Assembly: GCA_964583465.1 (NCBI GenBank)
Contig: CAZOVP010000005.1
Coordinates: forward strand, 165,296-204,795
Reading direction: 5' to 3'
From: an uncultured Fimbriimonadaceae bacterium
GTDB lineage: Bacteria > Armatimonadota > Fimbriimonadia > Fimbriimonadales > Fimbriimonadaceae
DNA length: 39,500 nucleotides
In this document: piece by piece, positions 37,344 through 39,500 of the stretch
Numbering within the stretch: the stretch's first letter is position 1
Layout of the letters: each line of letters begins with the position of its first letter
The notes under the pieces: generated by a model
The model's database searches: none
Told to the model about the DNA's origin: nothing
What the model saw: only the letters and a program-made list of their open reading frames with translations
Position numbers and translations under genes: made by a program

Positions 37344-39296
37344 TTAGATCTTTGACTTTGGCTTTTCAGTAGCGTGTTCTTTGCGAGTTTCGAGCATTTG
37401 CAAGAGCTGCATACCAAGAAGACCGCTGAGGCTACCTTCTGTAGAGTCGCCTCCTTGAACAATGAGATCTGGAATTATTTTGATATGACCTTTACCAATT
37501 TCCTCTGTAATTTTGAACTTCGTAAAGTTTTCGCCACCCATGGCTTGCACTTGGAGCTCATAGGATTTTGCCTGTGATTCGCCAATAGCCAAGATTTTTT
37601 CAGCTTCCGCAAGTCCAGTTTTGGCAATCATTTCGGCATCGGCCACGGCGTTCATCTTTGTGTATTCGGCCTGGGCAGCACCTTTAGCTTTGACAGCTTC
37701 GGCGTCCGCATTTGCTCTCATCTTCGTGGCTTGGGCTTCGGCTTCCACCTGAAGTTTAAGGCTCGCGGCATCACCTTCGGCTTTTTTGACCGTGGCGTCG
37801 GCTGTCCTTTGTGAAATTTCGACACTTTGTTGAGCCTTTACGATTTCGCGCTGCATGTCGGCAATCGCTGTTTCCTTCTCCATGCCTTGACGCTTTTCTT
37901 GAGCCAGTCTTTGGGTTTCATAGGTTTTCTCTTCTTCCTGTGCAATCTTTCGATCGGTCAGGGTTTTCATGAGGGCTTCCGGTGGGACGATATCGCCAAT
38001 CAGCGTGTCCACAGCGTTAACGTTGTACTCTTCCAACACCTCGCGAATATGTTCCTTTGCGGCGGCTTGCCTCTCCTTTCGAGTACTCAAGAAGCTTATG
38101 ACATCGCTGTCTTGTGCGCTATTACGGAAATAGTTTCCAATGGTTGGCTCCAAAACTTGGGACACCAAATTGTTCATGCTTCCAAAGCGCGCAATAACCT
38201 TTGGTGCTTCGGTTGAAGGGATATGTATGATCTGAGAAACATCAAGGTTGAATGGAAATCCGTCTTTACTTCGCACTGTGATTGTGCAGAGATTCTTGTC
38301 TAGGTTATGTGCCTCGCTGCGAGCATTGGCCCAGTTAAGAACTAAGTTTGTAGTCGGAACAATTTCAACCTTAGTTGTGTATTTGTTAACGGGATACTTT
38401 CCTGGCCCTAGCGGTTCCATCCAAACGCCTCGATAACCCTTTGACACGATGTTGCCATGCCGGAAGTGCTCGCCGGTCAGATCTTGCCCATCCTCGCCAA
38501 TGTAAGAAATCACAACCCCGACGTTTCCTATAGGAACATCCGTCATCGGCATCTCTTCAATCTGAATCGCCCATGGGTTGATAAAGTAACTACCGGCCAA
38601 AATCACTTGAGGCTGCAAACCACGGTTCCCGCCCCCATCTAGGAATTTGTCGACATCCTGAAAATTGTTGTGTCCATCAACGTGCTCGCCAGCGATTTGC
38701 CCCTTTCGAATGGGCTGTCCATCTAGGGCCGTAACAATCCCGATCATGTTTTCATGGATGATCGTGATATCTGCCATCGTGATCGTAAAAGCAAGTGGAT
38801 TGATTCGATATGTTCCGGAAGTGAGAATGTGAGTTTGGCGACCCTTTTGGCCATGTGATTGCAAGAACGCAACTGTGTCTTGGAAATTATCACATGGAAC
38901 CATGCGCCCCAAGATGTTTCCAGTGGGAAGAGCTATGCCATCATTGGCCAAAACTAGGCCAATTTTGCCTTCAGGAACCACGGTGAATGGTTTCATCATG
39001 ACACTGAACTGCCAGGGCCACATCATCCAATAGAGTCCGGGGGGCAAAGCCTTTGCCTGAATTCCCGACTCACCCTTAGTTGCAAGAATGCGACCATCAG
39101 GTAGCGATTTGTTCGAGCCGAATAAAACGAATTTCTTAGTCACAATTCCGACGCAGTTTTCTGGAACGATAACCATTCCCAGAAAGAGTCGAAGTATAGG
39201 TTTAAAGAAAACCAGAACCAGGAGAACAACGAAAAGAGGTATGAGCCACGAATACTGTGTTACTCCCCCTTGAACTTGAATTTGTGATATTAACAT
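37344..39296 (-). CDS. Flotillin-like SPFH/band-7 domain protein (YqiK/FloT-like)
   Basis: N-terminal TM helix, SPFH domain, and a long Ala/Glu/Lys/Gln-rich coiled-coil (AEAVKAKGAAQAEYTKMNAVADAEMIAKTGLAEAEKILAIGESQAKSYELQVQAMGGENF) typical of flotillins. Confidence 0.8.
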   Translation of the reverse strand: MLISQIQVQGGVTQYSWLIPLFVVLLVLVFFKPILRLFLGMVIVPENCVGIVTKKFVLFGSNKSLPDGRILATKGESGIQAKALPPGLYWMMWPWQFSVMMKPFTVVPEGKIGLVLANDGIALPTGNILGRMVPCDNFQDTVAFLQSHGQKGRQTHILTSGTYRINPLAFTITMADITIIHENMIGIVTALDGQPIRKGQIAGEHVDGHNNFQDVDKFLDGGGNRGLQPQVILAGSYFINPWAIQIEEMPMTDVPIGNVGVVISYIGEDGQDLTGEHFRHGNIVSKGYRGVWMEPLGPGKYPVNKYTTKVEIVPTTNLVLNWANARSEAHNLDKNLCTITVRSKDGFPFNLDVSQIIHIPSTEAPKVIARFGSMNNLVSQVLEPTIGNYFRNSAQDSDVISFLSTRKERQAAAKEHIREVLEEYNVNAVDTLIGDIVPPEALMKTLTDRKIAQEEEKTYETQRLAQEKRQGMEKETAIADMQREIVKAQQSVEISQRTADATVKKAEGDAASLKLQVEAEAQATKMRANADAEAVKAKGAAQAEYTKMNAVADAEMIAKTGLAEAEKILAIGESQAKSYELQVQAMGGENFTKFKITEEIGKGHIKIIPDLIVQGGDSTEGSLSGLLGMQLLQMLETRKEHATEKPKSKI

Positions 39297-39440
39297 TGCC
39301 GTCTACTAAGCTCAGCTTAGCATCCAAAATGAATTACGAAAATTGCATACTCTTTGATTGGAATTTAGGGCGATTAGACTAAGTACAGACAATTCGAAAC
39401 TGTAGAGAAACGAATTACCTGCAATTCAAGTTCAATTTTT

Positions 39441-39500
39441 GGTCGGGGCAGCGGGATTTGAACCCACGACCTCTTACCCCCCAGATAAGCGCGCTACCAA
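39441..39500 (-). tRNA. tRNA-Pro (anticodon GGG), 3' portion, truncated by the window end
   Basis: The reverse complement ends ...GTGGGTTCAAATCCCGCTGCCCCGACCA: T-arm, acceptor 3' strand TGCCCCG, discriminator A, CCA. Anticodon stem CTTAT/GTAAG with loop CTGGGGG (GGG, G37). D-loop CCTGGTAGCGC-like. The 5' acceptor and D-stem lie beyond position 39500. Confidence 0.7.

Noticed and set aside
1-39500. CRISPR arrays, insertion sequences, integrases, prophage genes
   Set aside because: No regularly spaced direct repeats, no transposase/integrase-like ORFs and no phage structural genes were seen. The two tRNAs are not accompanied by integrases.

Overview
This 39.5 kb window looks like a chromosomal segment from a PVC-superphylum bacterium (Planctomycetota or Verrucomicrobiota), with roughly 50% GC. 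The phylum guess rests on three features: a PEP-CTERM/HAF-repeat protein, a planctomycete-type cytochrome c (PSCyt1-like) domain, and a sulfatase. Most genes are on the minus strand and are tightly packed, and many adjacent pairs overlap in an ATGA start/stop junction.

Supported content:
- a minus-strand operon of an IMPase-family protein, ruvX, mltG and a HAD-IIIA phosphatase fused to a GtrA-like membrane domain
- tRNA-Ala(TGC), plus a partial tRNA-Pro(GGG) at the window end
- a HAF-repeat PEP-CTERM protein with a LacI-family regulator and a candidate operator palindrome
- a DUF4166-like gene pair
- a secreted HExxH protein
- an XRE-cupin regulator, then a GH32 hydrolase
- a four-gene module of ECF sigma factor, RsrA-like zinc-finger (ZAS) anti-sigma, TPR-CHAT protease and secreted subtilase
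- a sulfatase and a DadA-like FAD oxidoreductase
- a GH27 alpha-galactosidase with an N-terminal NPCBM domain
- an orphan tandem-NBD sugar ABC ATPase
- three tandem paralogous secreted LVIVD-repeat (choice-of-anchor-B-like) proteins, interleaved with two thioredoxin-fold proteins and a mono-heme cytochrome c-like protein
- histidine-utilisation genes (hutI, fused ftcD, hutU) with an M28 peptidase inserted
- a flotillin/SPFH protein with a terminator

No CRISPR array, transposase or integrase was recognised.

The most system-like candidates are the sigma/anti-sigma/CHAT/subtilase module and the LVIVD-paralog/redoxin/cytochrome cluster.
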